DNA of 64,000 nt from Gammaproteobacteria bacterium (GCA_047611905.1 JBLFWZ010000001.1:15455-79454); one strand, 5' to 3'. Counted from the first letter of the stretch, positions 10,673 through 20,878 are shown. The notes: generated by a model not told the origin, from the sequence alone. A program made the numbers and translations.

Positions 10673-11442
10673 CCCTAAGTGCTGCGAACGTCTCTTTACG
10701 ATTCACCGATGTGCCCATCATCGATGGGGTCGATATTGTTATCGAACCCGGGAAAATCGTCGCGGTACTAGGTCCCAATGGCGCGGGTAAATCAAGTCTC
10801 CTTCGGATCCTTTGCGGACAATGGAAACCGAGTGCGGGTCAGGTGCATCTAGATGATAAACCGATGACGGCTTATTCGATCCAAGAGCTCGCGCGAACAA
10901 TCGCTGTGATGCCGCAACACTCGACGTTAAATTTTGCATTTAGCTGCGCGGAAGTCGTAGCGCTTGGGCGCACGCCTCATTCAAGCGGCCGACAAATCGA
11001 TCGCGAGATCACCCTTGCCGCGCTGAGTTTGGTCGATGCCACGCATTTGGGGGCTAGGCTTTATACGGAACTATCCGGTGGCGAGAAGCAGCGGGTCCAG
11101 CTGGCAAGAATTCTTGCGCAAATTTGGATACCGCGAGTGCAAAAATCGCGCTACCTATTGCTTGATGAGCCGACCGCGTCGTTCGATCTCGCACACCAAC
11201 AAATGATGATAAATATTTTGCGTCGCTTTGCTGCTGACGACGTCGGCATCCTCGTCGTGATGCACGATCTCAACCTCGCAGCACAGCTAGCCGACCGAAT
11301 GGTATTAATGAAGGACGGGCGGATTGCCGCGGCAGATTGCCCTGCGCAGGTAATGCAGCCGTCGGTGATCAGTCGAGTGTTTGATGTTGATGTAGCGATC
11401 ATCAATCACCCGCGAACGGGCAATCCACTGGCGTTGCTATGA
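10669..11442 (+). CDS. btuD: ABC transporter ATP-binding protein (B12/iron-siderophore type)
   Basis: Walker A GPNGAGKSSLL, signature LSGGEKQRV, Walker B LLLDEPT; real start taken as GTG 10669 overlapping the btuC stop (GTGA); the 412-aa ORF 10204..11442 is an upstream extension running inside btuC. Confidence 0.85.
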   Translation: MTLSAANVSLRFTDVPIIDGVDIVIEPGKIVAVLGPNGAGKSSLLRILCGQWKPSAGQVHLDDKPMTAYSIQELARTIAVMPQHSTLNFAFSCAEVVALGRTPHSSGRQIDREITLAALSLVDATHLGARLYTELSGGEKQRVQLARILAQIWIPRVQKSRYLLLDEPTASFDLAHQQMMINILRRFAADDVGILVVMHDLNLAAQLADRMVLMKDGRIAAADCPAQVMQPSVISRVFDVDVAIINHPRTGNPLALL

Positions 11443-11463
11443 CAAGTCGAATACCAGCGCCGA

Positions 11464-12447
11464 ATGCGTTCGGTCGGACAGTCCATGAGCATTCGAGAGC
11501 TTAGCGCACAGCGCAGAATATCTGTTCCCACGTTCGTCCGAATCGGCGGCTTATTTCTGATAGTGTTGATGATGCAGGCGAGCTTCGCGGAGCTGTCCGC
11601 GATCGACGATCGAGGCACGCGCATTGCGCTTAGCGCGCCTGCGAAGCGGATCGTCAGTTTGGCTCCGCATTTAACCGAATTACTATTTGCCGCAGGTGCC
11701 GGCGGCCAAATCGTGGGAGTCGTCGAGCATAGCGACTATCCTCCAGAGGCCGCCCGCATTAGGCAAGTCGGGGCATCAAAATCCGTAAGCCACGAAGCCT
11801 TAATCGCGCTCAAGCCCGATCTCGTAGTGGCCTGGTATAGTGGTAACGGGGCGCATCTCATCACCCGCCTGCGCCAACTCGGACTCACGGTCTACGCCAA
11901 TGAACCGCAAAAACTGCCAGATGTTGCACGTTCTCTTCGAGACTTTGGACTGTTGTCTGGGCACGCTGAGATTGGCAACGCGGCCGCCGAAGACTTTATG
12001 GGTACCTACACGCAGTTGCTTCGGACATTCGCGGATCGCAAACCCGTCAAGGTATTTTATCAAGTCTGGAATCAACCGCTAATTACTATGAATGGGAAAC
12101 ACTTGATTTCCGCCGTGATCGATTTATGCGGTGGTCGCAATGTATTCGCCGATGCGATTCCGATCGCACCTCGAATTAATGTCGAATCGGTCCTACGTCT
12201 CGACCCCGATGCGATTGTTGCGAGTGGCATGGCCGATGCACGCCCGGACTGGTTGGATATGTGGAAATTGTGGCCAACGCTTAAAGCCGTTCGTAATCAA
12301 CAACTTTATTTTGTACCGCCCGATTTGTTGCAACGTCACACGCCGCGTTTGCTCGATGGAGCGAAGATGCTTTGCGAGCAACTTCAAGGCACCCGTGCGC
12401 AGATGCTCAACCGCGCGAACGCCGATCCGCGCTCAGCTGCGGATTAG
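11464..12447 (+). CDS. btuF: periplasmic cobalamin-binding protein
   Basis: 327 aa with signal peptide; BtuF/FhuD-type class III SBP motifs (RIVSLAPHLTELLFAAGAGGQIVGV, KPDLVVAW). Confidence 0.8.
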   Translation: MRSVGQSMSIRELSAQRRISVPTFVRIGGLFLIVLMMQASFAELSAIDDRGTRIALSAPAKRIVSLAPHLTELLFAAGAGGQIVGVVEHSDYPPEAARIRQVGASKSVSHEALIALKPDLVVAWYSGNGAHLITRLRQLGLTVYANEPQKLPDVARSLRDFGLLSGHAEIGNAAAEDFMGTYTQLLRTFADRKPVKVFYQVWNQPLITMNGKHLISAVIDLCGGRNVFADAIPIAPRINVESVLRLDPDAIVASGMADARPDWLDMWKLWPTLKAVRNQQLYFVPPDLLQRHTPRLLDGAKMLCEQLQGTRAQMLNRANADPRSAAD

Positions 12448-12486
12448 CTGTGTCACTTGGCGCGCGGCAGACTATTTTTCCGCCAA

Positions 12487-12969
12487 TTACAAATTCGCAT
12501 TTATGGAAATTTTCGCGCGCTCTAGGCCGTCGAGTAGCGTTTTGATCTCTGTGCCATTGAGCTGACCAAAAAGCTGTGTGATCCAGTCCTCGTGGGCGGC
12601 AGCCATTTCTCTAAACGATTCGATGCCTCGATCTGTTAGCGCGATAAACTGAACGCGACGATCAGTGGTAGACGGTTTTCGACGTACGTGTCCATCGCGT
12701 TCTAAACGATCGACAACCCCCGTAACGTTGCCGTTGGACACCATCAATTTGTCCGATAACTGCGACATCGTTAATGCTTCGCCGGCGTTTTCAAGTTCCG
12801 CCAGTACGTCGAATTGCGGCAGAGTAATATCAAAACGTTTACGTAGTTGAGTGCGGACGTGTTGTTCTATCAAGTTTTCACAGGCCAGCAGTCGCAGCCA
12901 CAAACGTAATGATTGTTTGCCGCGCGCCGTTGGCGATTTACTGACGCCGCTGGTTTTTTTCGTGGTCAC
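12487..12969 (-). CDS. MarR family transcriptional regulator
   Basis: Winged-helix core (LTMSQLSDKLMVSNGNVTGVVDRLERDGHVRRKPSTTDRRV); start placed at GTG whose GTGA overlaps the upstream SDR stop (ATGTGACC). Start uncertain. Confidence 0.65.
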   Translation of the reverse strand: MTTKKTSGVSKSPTARGKQSLRLWLRLLACENLIEQHVRTQLRKRFDITLPQFDVLAELENAGEALTMSQLSDKLMVSNGNVTGVVDRLERDGHVRRKPSTTDRRVQFIALTDRGIESFREMAAAHEDWITQLFGQLNGTEIKTLLDGLERAKISINANL

Positions 12970-13751
12970 ATGACTTCCCCGCCAGCGATTGCAATCGACT
13001 GCCCGGTGACGCTTTCGGATCCCGATGAGCACAGCCATGCAACGGTTGCGGCAATTTCCGATGGCTGGATGAAGCGCCGTTGCGGGTTAACGGCCTTGAG
13101 TGATTTTTCCGCTTCCTCGCGAGTTCGTCCGGTCGTCGTGATGATGTTTTGAATGGACTCCTCGAGTAGATCGGTCTCGGTAAAGCCCGGACAGATTGCG
13201 TTAACCGTAATACCCGAACGCGCTGTTTCTAGCGCAAGTGCGCGGGTGAGCCCGATCGCGCCGTGCTTTGCGGCGCAATATGCGGCGACGTAAGCGTAGC
13301 CAATCAACCCTGCTGTGCTCACGATGTTAATGATACGTCCCCATCGGGCGCTACGCATGCCCGGAAGTACCTGCTGCTGACAAAGGAATTGCCCAGTCAG
13401 GTTAACCGCAAGCATGCGGTCCCAAAGCGCCTCTGTCGTTTTATCAAAAGGCGCACTTTCCGCAGCCCCTGCGTTATTGATGAGGACCTCAACGGGTCCA
13501 AATTGGTCTGCTGCGGCGGCGAAGGCGGCATTTACCGAGGCCGCATTTGTTACATCGACAATTTGATATGCGCTACCCGGCAGTTTCTCTATCACCTCGC
13601 TCAATGCGCGTTCGTTACGGCCCATGAGCGTTAATCTTGCGCCCATAGTATTCAGTTTTTCTGCTGCTGCTGCGCCGATGCCACGCGCACCGCCAGTTAC
13701 TACGGCGTGGCGGCCGCTGATTAGTTCGCCAGGGCTTGTATCGTCATTCAT
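12966..13751 (-). CDS. SDR family NAD(P)-dependent oxidoreductase
   Basis: 261 aa; TGGARGIG Rossmann motif, NNAG, catalytic YxxxK (YCAAKHG). Confidence 0.85.
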   Translation of the reverse strand: MNDDTSPGELISGRHAVVTGGARGIGAAAAEKLNTMGARLTLMGRNERALSEVIEKLPGSAYQIVDVTNAASVNAAFAAAADQFGPVEVLINNAGAAESAPFDKTTEALWDRMLAVNLTGQFLCQQQVLPGMRSARWGRIINIVSTAGLIGYAYVAAYCAAKHGAIGLTRALALETARSGITVNAICPGFTETDLLEESIQNIITTTGRTREEAEKSLKAVNPQRRFIQPSEIAATVAWLCSSGSESVTGQSIAIAGGEVM

Positions 13752-13965
13752 CTCGATGTTCCGACAGTTAATTCAACTTAAATGATATTAGATTAAATAT
13801 TTTAATCTTGAAACAATACAAGTTAAAATAAATTCCCATCAACGTTGCAACTATTCGCAAGGCGAATTGGTCGGTGCTTCCCGCACAGAGAAAATTCATG
13901 AATTTCGCTAACGCAATGATGCTCTCAAAACGATCGAATATCCGAGCTATTAAAGGATCAAAACT

Positions 13966-14391
13966 ATGGCGTCGCCGAAACAGCTGAGAGCCTCGAATCT
14001 GCAATTTTTGCAACCAGACGGTTGGGTGAAACCAAAAGGGTACTCCAACGGAATTGTCGCCACTGGTCGTCAAGTTTTCGTCGGTGGCATGATTGGGTGG
14101 AACGAAGCAGAGGAGTTCGTAAGCGATGAGCTCGGCGAACAAACCCGTCAAACGTTGCAAAATATTATCGCCGTTCTATCGGAAGCCAACGCCGGCCCGG
14201 AGCACGTCGTACGGATGACGTGGTACGTTACCGATAAGCAAGAATACTTGGCTAATGCGAAAGCAATCGGCGCGGCCTATCGATCGGTCATGGGTTACCA
14301 TTTCCCTGTGATGGCTTTAGTTCAAGTCGTTGCACTCGTTGAAGATCGGGCCAAGGTGGAAATAGAAGCGACCGCGGTTATCCCTGAATAA
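13966..14391 (+). CDS. RidA family protein (YjgF/enamine-imine deaminase-like)
   Basis: 141 aa; RidA fold motifs, AAAGGA RBS. Confidence 0.75.
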   Translation: MASPKQLRASNLQFLQPDGWVKPKGYSNGIVATGRQVFVGGMIGWNEAEEFVSDELGEQTRQTLQNIIAVLSEANAGPEHVVRMTWYVTDKQEYLANAKAIGAAYRSVMGYHFPVMALVQVVALVEDRAKVEIEATAVIPE

Positions 14392-14410
14392 TTTTTGAGC
14401 GTTAATTCTT

Positions 14411-14878
14411 ATGATGATGTACTGGCGCGAGTTAACCGTTAATTGGGGCGAGTCCGATCCATTTGGCTTAGTGTATTACCCACGCATGTTGTCTTGGTTT
14501 AACGATACTGAGCACGAGTTGTTTCGGCGTATTGGTTACCCAATTGATGCCATGATCGCGAACAATCGAACGACTTTCGTGATGGGCGAAGTGCACTTCC
14601 GGTTTATCGGTCCGGCGGCTTACGGCGAATCCGTATTGAGTATTATCAAACTGCAAAAAATGGGCGCGAGTACCTTGCATTGGAAGACGCGTTGCGTGAA
14701 TGCCATCACCGGTGCGCCAGTTTGCGAAGGGCTTGGGACGCGCGTCTACGCGCGAATTAACGAAGACGGTAGTTTGGCATCCGCCGTCATCCCGGATGAC
14801 ATGCGCCAGGCTTTGAGTAGCTTCGACGATTTCGAAAACCTTAAACCTGTCGATTTTGAGAGTGCGTTCGACCTGTAA
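14411..14878 (+). CDS. hotdog-fold acyl-CoA thioesterase (YbgC/4HBT-like)
   Basis: 155 aa; N-terminal Y..R...WGE.D..G.VYY motif typical of 4HBT thioesterases. Confidence 0.6.
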   Translation: MMMYWRELTVNWGESDPFGLVYYPRMLSWFNDTEHELFRRIGYPIDAMIANNRTTFVMGEVHFRFIGPAAYGESVLSIIKLQKMGASTLHWKTRCVNAITGAPVCEGLGTRVYARINEDGSLASAVIPDDMRQALSSFDDFENLKPVDFESAFDL

Positions 14879-15024
14879 CCCGCGAAACGGAAAGTTGGCT
14901 GCGACGCTAGATCCCGGATCGTGTCGGGTGGTCGCGACGCGCAACCGAGAATGTTGATGATCAATTAATTGAGCTACTATTTAAGCTCATCGAACTCATT
15001 ACGTAACGAACTGGAAGAATCATT

Positions 15025-16071
15025 ATGGCGAGCGCAAAAATAGAATCTGGATCGGTCAAAACTTCTCGGCACACGAGCCATTATCTTGCGACGGGCCCGG
15101 CCGATGGTCCTTTGATCATTTTCGTGCACGGCTGGCCAGAATTATCATTGAGTTGGCGTCACCAGCTGCCGGTGTTTGGCGATCTCGGATTTCGTGCGAT
15201 CGCGCCTGACATGCGGGGTTACGGCGAATCGTCTGTGTACGATACACATGACGCCTACGCACAAAGCGAAGTCGTAGCCGACATGCTTGAACTGCTCGAT
15301 TCTCTTGGGCACGAGTCCGCCGTGTGGGTTGGCCACGACTGGGGTAGTCCAACGGTCTGGAATATTGCTCGCCTACATCCCGAACGTTGCCGCGGGGTGG
15401 CAAGTCTTTGCGTACCGTACTTTTCGGTTAATGACGGCCCCGAAGGTATGTTGGCATTGGTCGATCGCAATATTTATCCGCAAGCCGAATATCCTTATGG
15501 GCAGTGGGACTATATGGTTTATTACCAGGAGAATTTTGAGCGTGCCACCAAGGTTTTCGACGCCGACCCGTATCTCACGATGAAATTACTACTGCGCAAG
15601 GGCGATCCGTCTTCCGTTGGCGCGCCAGCAATGACGGCCAGCGTGCGGCGTAATGGCGGGTGGTTTGGTCCGCTTGATGCGGCGCCAGATATGTCCATGG
15701 ATAGCGATGTCGTTAGCGAAGAGGATCTGCAAACCTATGCGCAGAGTCTGCGCAAAAACTCTTTCTTTGGTCCGGATTCCTACTATATGAATACTGAATC
15801 AAATTCGGCGTTCGTTGCCGATGCGCCAGAGGATCTCGAATTACCGACATTGTTTTTGCACGGCCGCTATGACTCGGTATGTGAAACCGTTGAGTCACGA
15901 TTGGCCGAACCGATGCGCAAGCGCTGCAAAAATTTAACCGAAGTGGTTGTAGAAAGCGGTCACTGGATGGCGCAGGAACAACCGCGCGCTGTGAATGCGG
16001 CCTTAGCGAATTGGTTAGTGACCCAGCTTGGCGATAGCTGGCCGCAGCCGGCGAGTTCGCTGCGCAAATAG
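15025..16071 (+). CDS. alpha/beta hydrolase (epoxide hydrolase-like)
   Basis: 348 aa; HGWP oxyanion motif, nucleophile elbow GHDWGS, C-terminal His (SGHWMAQEQP). Confidence 0.8.
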   Translation: MASAKIESGSVKTSRHTSHYLATGPADGPLIIFVHGWPELSLSWRHQLPVFGDLGFRAIAPDMRGYGESSVYDTHDAYAQSEVVADMLELLDSLGHESAVWVGHDWGSPTVWNIARLHPERCRGVASLCVPYFSVNDGPEGMLALVDRNIYPQAEYPYGQWDYMVYYQENFERATKVFDADPYLTMKLLLRKGDPSSVGAPAMTASVRRNGGWFGPLDAAPDMSMDSDVVSEEDLQTYAQSLRKNSFFGPDSYYMNTESNSAFVADAPEDLELPTLFLHGRYDSVCETVESRLAEPMRKRCKNLTEVVVESGHWMAQEQPRAVNAALANWLVTQLGDSWPQPASSLRK

Positions 16072-16220
16072 ACTTGGGAAGAGACCGATAAGTTGCGCGA
16101 AGTTGACGACATCGTCGAGCGCGCCTTGCGTGGACCAAAGCGCAGGTGAGAAGGTGCCGACCCTGCGCGCAAGGTTCACTGCCTGGCTAAAGCGGGACCT
16201 GGCGCGCACCTCGCGCAAGG

Positions 16221-18338
16221 TTAATGCGCGAGCGGATCAGGACGGATTTGAACCTTCGCAACGTATGAGCGTTGCTGTTCAGAATGGATGATCGGATCCG
16301 ATCCATTCGTAAACCATAATCCACGTCCTTTCCAGCCGGTATTCGGATCGTCGATGCGCCCGTCTAGCCCACGTGTGTAAGTATTGAGCGGGTAGGGTAC
16401 GCGGATAACGACAAACTTTTCTGTTGCGGGTATAAACGCGATGAGCGAATCGGAGTTTGTTCCGTTCACAACCACAACGTCCTTGCCTAGGCCCAGGATA
16501 TCGAACTGGTCTACCCACAAGTAGTAATGCATGTCCGTTGATCCTTCAGCGAGCGCGCGATCGTAGCCTTTAAATGTCGGCGCGGGGATCCGCCAGTACG
16601 TCCAAGCTTCGGCACACTGTTCGCCAGTGCCCCACGTTTGCTTGCATTGGCTGCGGTCGAATTTAGCCAGTTGCCCACTTCCGGCGAGTGCTGTCCAAAT
16701 AATTCCCTGGCCGTCTATGTCGATTCCGCGCGGGCCCATCCCGGGGCTTCGCGGAGCGTAAGCTTCGTGGCTATCGGCTGCCGGATCGTAGCGCAATATA
16801 TAGCCCGCTTCGCCGGCCGGGCTGGTGATCCCTGGAGTGACTGCGCTCCAGATACTGCCGTCAACGGGATTGGCGATCACGCCATAATGGAACCCGACCA
16901 GCGGCGTGTCGGGGCTTAGGTCGCCATTAGTATCGATGCGGACTTCCGAATAACCGTGCGCGGCCTGAAGAGTCGTCGGGTCTGTCGGATCGTATTTGGC
17001 CGGGTCAAACCAACCGATGAGGTAGTCGTCGCCGCTGGTCCACAGCACGCCTTTATCGTCGAACTGCAAATGATGGGTGCCATAACACGTATCGATAAGT
17101 TCGAACGCCTTGGCGGCCGGGTCATAGTATCCGAGCTGGCGGTGGTGGCGAAAATTTGCGATGACTGGATCGTTTTTGCAAAATTCAGGCGCATCCTCTG
17201 CCCACTGGCGGCGGATTTGAGTTGTTAACCAAACTCGACCTTGCGCATCCATCATTGGGTTATGCGGGTTTGCTGGGTTTTGATAACGACCTGCATGCGC
17301 GGTCGGCCCGCCAGGCCATGGGCAACCCAGGGTGCCGAATCCGAAAGGGACAATGTCTTCATTATCGAGAGATTTATAGGTTTGTTCACACCAATCGGTG
17401 CTAAACCCATCGCGCGTCGGAACCTTCAAGCGTGTGGCAGTGTGCTTGTTTGGATCGACAATAAGTAAATAATCGTTAGCGAGATCAACCCCATACACGG
17501 GTCCACCGGCGTTGACTGTCGGGTCGCGCTTGTCGGTTACGATCTCGTCGTGGGCATAGGTATAGTTGTCTCCCCAGGCCCATTGGGTGATCACAATATT
17601 ACGTTCTATTCCAACCGGCCGCGGCGGTGCCAGAGGTGACTCCCCATCGCGGATCGCTTGACCCCATGCGGCGAGCGAATCGGTCAGGCGTGGTTGACCT
17701 AATCGATCGGCGAAATACTTCATTGCCCCGGCTTTTAGAAAGCCATGATCAAAACTTGCCGCATTCGGCAAGCGTGTGACCGCCGAACCCAGTTGGTGGC
17801 ACAACACGCAATCGAGTTTGAATTGTGCTGTCCACTCGCGAGACGATTTGAAAGGATCGTTTGCTATCTCGTCGCTAGTGCCAGTGAATACATCGCTCTC
17901 GCCGGCAGACTTTCCCCCTCGGAATGCGTTCGCGGACGGCGGCTCGAACAACGAAAGCCAATAACTTGCTGGATACACTAGCGCAGCCTGGGCCGGGTCG
18001 CGCGCGCGCTCGACGTTTAGCGTTAACGGCGTACCGGCTCGCGCTTTTACCGGAGCAGAGTCAACGAGTCCGTAGCCGCGCACCCACACGTCGAACTCCG
18101 CCTCGGGCAATTCTGGAACGGTAAAGCGACCGGCTTCATCGGTAGTCACTATTTTCCGATACGGCGTGCCAAGTGTTTGCGTTTGTGTGATCACCCAAAC
18201 GCCGGCTTCGGCAGCACCGCCATCGGAGTGCACGATCCCGGTGATGAAATCGTCCGACGCATTGGCGGCGCACATCATTAAAGCTGACACGCCCCAGATG
18301 ATTCTATTGAGCACTTTCGTTACCGTGACTTTCTGCAT
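16221..18338 (-). CDS. secreted carboxypeptidase-regulatory-like domain / beta-propeller protein with one CxxCH motif
   Basis: ORF 16221..18371 trimmed to ATG 18338 (MQKVTVTKVLNRIIWGVSALMMCAANA signal peptide, GAGGAAGG RBS); N-terminal CarbopepD_reg-like region, CVLCH haem-c-type motif, Vgb/NHL-like repeats (GPRGIDIDGQGIIWTA). Confidence 0.6.
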   Translation of the reverse strand: MQKVTVTKVLNRIIWGVSALMMCAANASDDFITGIVHSDGGAAEAGVWVITQTQTLGTPYRKIVTTDEAGRFTVPELPEAEFDVWVRGYGLVDSAPVKARAGTPLTLNVERARDPAQAALVYPASYWLSLFEPPSANAFRGGKSAGESDVFTGTSDEIANDPFKSSREWTAQFKLDCVLCHQLGSAVTRLPNAASFDHGFLKAGAMKYFADRLGQPRLTDSLAAWGQAIRDGESPLAPPRPVGIERNIVITQWAWGDNYTYAHDEIVTDKRDPTVNAGGPVYGVDLANDYLLIVDPNKHTATRLKVPTRDGFSTDWCEQTYKSLDNEDIVPFGFGTLGCPWPGGPTAHAGRYQNPANPHNPMMDAQGRVWLTTQIRRQWAEDAPEFCKNDPVIANFRHHRQLGYYDPAAKAFELIDTCYGTHHLQFDDKGVLWTSGDDYLIGWFDPAKYDPTDPTTLQAAHGYSEVRIDTNGDLSPDTPLVGFHYGVIANPVDGSIWSAVTPGITSPAGEAGYILRYDPAADSHEAYAPRSPGMGPRGIDIDGQGIIWTALAGSGQLAKFDRSQCKQTWGTGEQCAEAWTYWRIPAPTFKGYDRALAEGSTDMHYYLWVDQFDILGLGKDVVVVNGTNSDSLIAFIPATEKFVVIRVPYPLNTYTRGLDGRIDDPNTGWKGRGLWFTNGSDPIIHSEQQRSYVAKVQIRPDPLAH

Positions 18339-19208
18339 GAACCTTCCTCGGGGTTGCGGTAGTTTGTACATGTTAGGCAGCGCAAGGAGGAGAGTCGAGT
18401 GTTGATTAATAGGCTTGCTCTTGGGTACCCGAACCGCCCGCCGTCCCGGCCTTAAACTCGGTGCAAGTTGTGTCGTTGTGATTATTTTTCTTACTACGAA
18501 TGGTTATGCGGACCGCGTTTAGGATGCGCGAGCGCGGTTATCCGACCATCGGAAATTTCCTCGCGGAAGGTTATGGGTACGGGATCGAATGTCTCGGTTT
18601 GCTGATGCCAACTCAGCGGGTGGTGACATGGGTTGGCGAACATCGGCCCACCTTCGGCAATATTGTGGAATCAATAATCAGAATCGAACCAATTGTTGGT
18701 ATCACCAGTGGCGCGATCGCGGCCGTGGTCTATACGCGTCTTAGTGGATTGCTTGACGACATATGCACCGACCCGACTCAAGGGTCGGTTGTCATCATCG
18801 GTATGTCATTCTGTTTGCGACGGTGGTTCAGTCGCCTACTGGACCCTGTCCTTTCTATGACAACGCGATCTATGCAGCCGAGTTAAGCGTGCCGTCGAAT
18901 GACGCGGCGGCACTATTGGCTTCGTCAACCGCGTGATTGCCGTTTCGAGTTTCAAAGGGAATGTTATTTCTCGCGCGATTGAAGGCGGGCACATTTGCAC
19001 CCCGCCGACGAACCAAATTGTGCTGCAACGCAACAATATTCATTCTCCTTTAGTACTCACCTAAGAGGCAAACAACGACCGCGTTGCTCTTCAGGTCACA
19101 ACAACGGCGTTACAGTTTTATGAGGGAGATGGAAGGACTTAGGTTTGTTGACGAAACCTTCACATCACGTCGTGTAGTCTCGCGCGTGCAATTAATAATC
19201 TGGGAGAA

Positions 19209-20588
19209 GTGAACATGTTGAAATCGATGCAGTACGCGCTCGCTGCGATATTGGCTGTTGGGCCAGTAGCTGGCAGTGCTTATACGCGCGATGACCATCT
19301 GGCCTGGTTAAAAGAGAACCAAGCCGCCACGCCGCAGTTTGCTGCGGGTGACACAATTACGTATGACAATGCCGATTTAATTCGACCTTTCATTCCGAAA
19401 GAACAGCAAGATTCGCTGATCTTCGAAGGAATGGAGATGAAGATCGTAGCGCCGACGGATTTAACCCCGCGCGCTGATTATCTCGAGGCGACAAAAAAGT
19501 TCGCCGGACAAGCAGGCCTTGCAGCAGACGGCGCGCTTGAAAATTACACGGCTGGTCGTCCATTCGATCCGGAGAAGTTCGTCGCCGGTAGCGCCGAAGA
19601 CGGTTGGCGCGCAATCTGGAACTATATGTTCAGATGGCAACATGCAGGTGTTAGCGTCGCCGACGTGCAGTGGGTCTGGGTACGTCCCGGCGGTACGCAC
19701 GAAAATCACGAAGCGGTAACAGCAGATGGTGGAAAATTTAAGGACAACTACCTCGGCGGTGGCGGATTCGAACGCCTACTACGTGGACCGTACCAAAGAG
19801 TTCTCATGTCACACCGTTCGGACTTGCCAGCTTCTGATTACAAGTTTAACGAAGGTAAAGGATTCGCGAAGAACACAAACTTCCGTGAATACACAGGCTT
19901 TGTTTCGCCATTTGATATTGCTGGCACAGCGTTCTTAATCTTGCGCTACGACGATCCGCGTAAAGCCGATGACTCGTGGGCCTATATCCCGAGCCTGCGC
20001 AGAGTGCGTCGAATCTCGGTCGAAGTGAAATCGGATTCATTACTAGGCACCGATCACACTTTGGAAGATTTCTATGGGTTCAACGGTCGTCCGATGGAGC
20101 ACACGTGGATCCATATGGGTGATGCGAGAATCCTGGCGATTAATAGTTCGCGCAACGTCACCGCGGTCTACTACGGACCGAATGGTTGGTCGATGCTAGA
20201 CGATTGGCAGCTTCGCGATTACTGGGTACTCAATCAAATCCCGGTCGACTCAGGTCATCCGTATGGTGAGAAGTTCCTGTATAACGAAAAGCAGACTGGC
20301 ATGAGCTTTTTTGCTAATGCGTTCGATAAAGCGGGTGAATTGTGGAAGACCTGGCAGATGTCGAAAAACTGGACGGAAGATCCGGCTTACAGTGAAACAG
20401 AGCAAACGTATGGTGGTAAGCCAACACCCCCAGGTGTAAGGGTACCGAGCTTTCAAAGTATCAACGTGATCGATCATCAAAACGGTCGTGGAACATTGGT
20501 ACCCTGCTTTGGAAACAGCTATCCGTTCCCAGAGTTTAAGAAAGTTAAACGTACGATGGACGTGAACTACTTGACTGAGGGTCGTTAA
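19209..20588 (+). CDS. DUF1329 domain protein (LolA-like outer-membrane lipoprotein-sorting fold)
   Basis: 459 aa with signal peptide; composition and motifs recalled from DUF1329 family; GGGAGAAG RBS. Confidence 0.6.
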   Translation: MNMLKSMQYALAAILAVGPVAGSAYTRDDHLAWLKENQAATPQFAAGDTITYDNADLIRPFIPKEQQDSLIFEGMEMKIVAPTDLTPRADYLEATKKFAGQAGLAADGALENYTAGRPFDPEKFVAGSAEDGWRAIWNYMFRWQHAGVSVADVQWVWVRPGGTHENHEAVTADGGKFKDNYLGGGGFERLLRGPYQRVLMSHRSDLPASDYKFNEGKGFAKNTNFREYTGFVSPFDIAGTAFLILRYDDPRKADDSWAYIPSLRRVRRISVEVKSDSLLGTDHTLEDFYGFNGRPMEHTWIHMGDARILAINSSRNVTAVYYGPNGWSMLDDWQLRDYWVLNQIPVDSGHPYGEKFLYNEKQTGMSFFANAFDKAGELWKTWQMSKNWTEDPAYSETEQTYGGKPTPPGVRVPSFQSINVIDHQNGRGTLVPCFGNSYPFPEFKKVKRTMDVNYLTEGR

Positions 20589-20629
20589 GCTAATCGCTTA
20601 ATTTATTCCTAGGTAGGATGTCTATCTAT

Positions 20630-20660
20630 AAAAAGGGTCGCGCAAGCGGCCCTTTTTTGT
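20630..20660. terminator. bidirectional rho-independent terminator
   Basis: AAAAAGGGTCGC-GCAA-GCGGCCCTTTTTTG hairpin between convergent DUF1329 and wrbA genes. Confidence 0.7.
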
Positions 20661-20878
20661 CTGAGTCGAAAACAGCTGGCCAAACACTCCGCGACAACGG
20701 GGATTGCCCGCTGCGGAATAATAAGGCGCTTAGTCTCGCGAATTGACCGAATTCTTTAAGCCCAGCCTTGATCAGTCACTGTCATTTCGCTTCGCGATGC
20801 GTCTCCTCTAGCGGTTCGTATTAGCAACGGAGTTGAATCACGGATCCCGGCTTGAAACACCGTGAACGTTCAGGTAGC

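Noticed and set aside
10204-11442. 412-aa ORF as a single gene
   Set aside because: Its first about 155 codons run inside btuC in another frame and have Arg-rich nonsense composition. The ABC ATPase motifs begin after the in-frame GTG at 10669, which overlaps the btuC stop.
18500-18886. 128-aa ORF in the intergenic region between the secreted haem/propeller gene and the DUF1329 gene
   Set aside because: No RBS, no recognisable motifs and atypical composition. The region more likely holds promoters for the divergent flanking genes.
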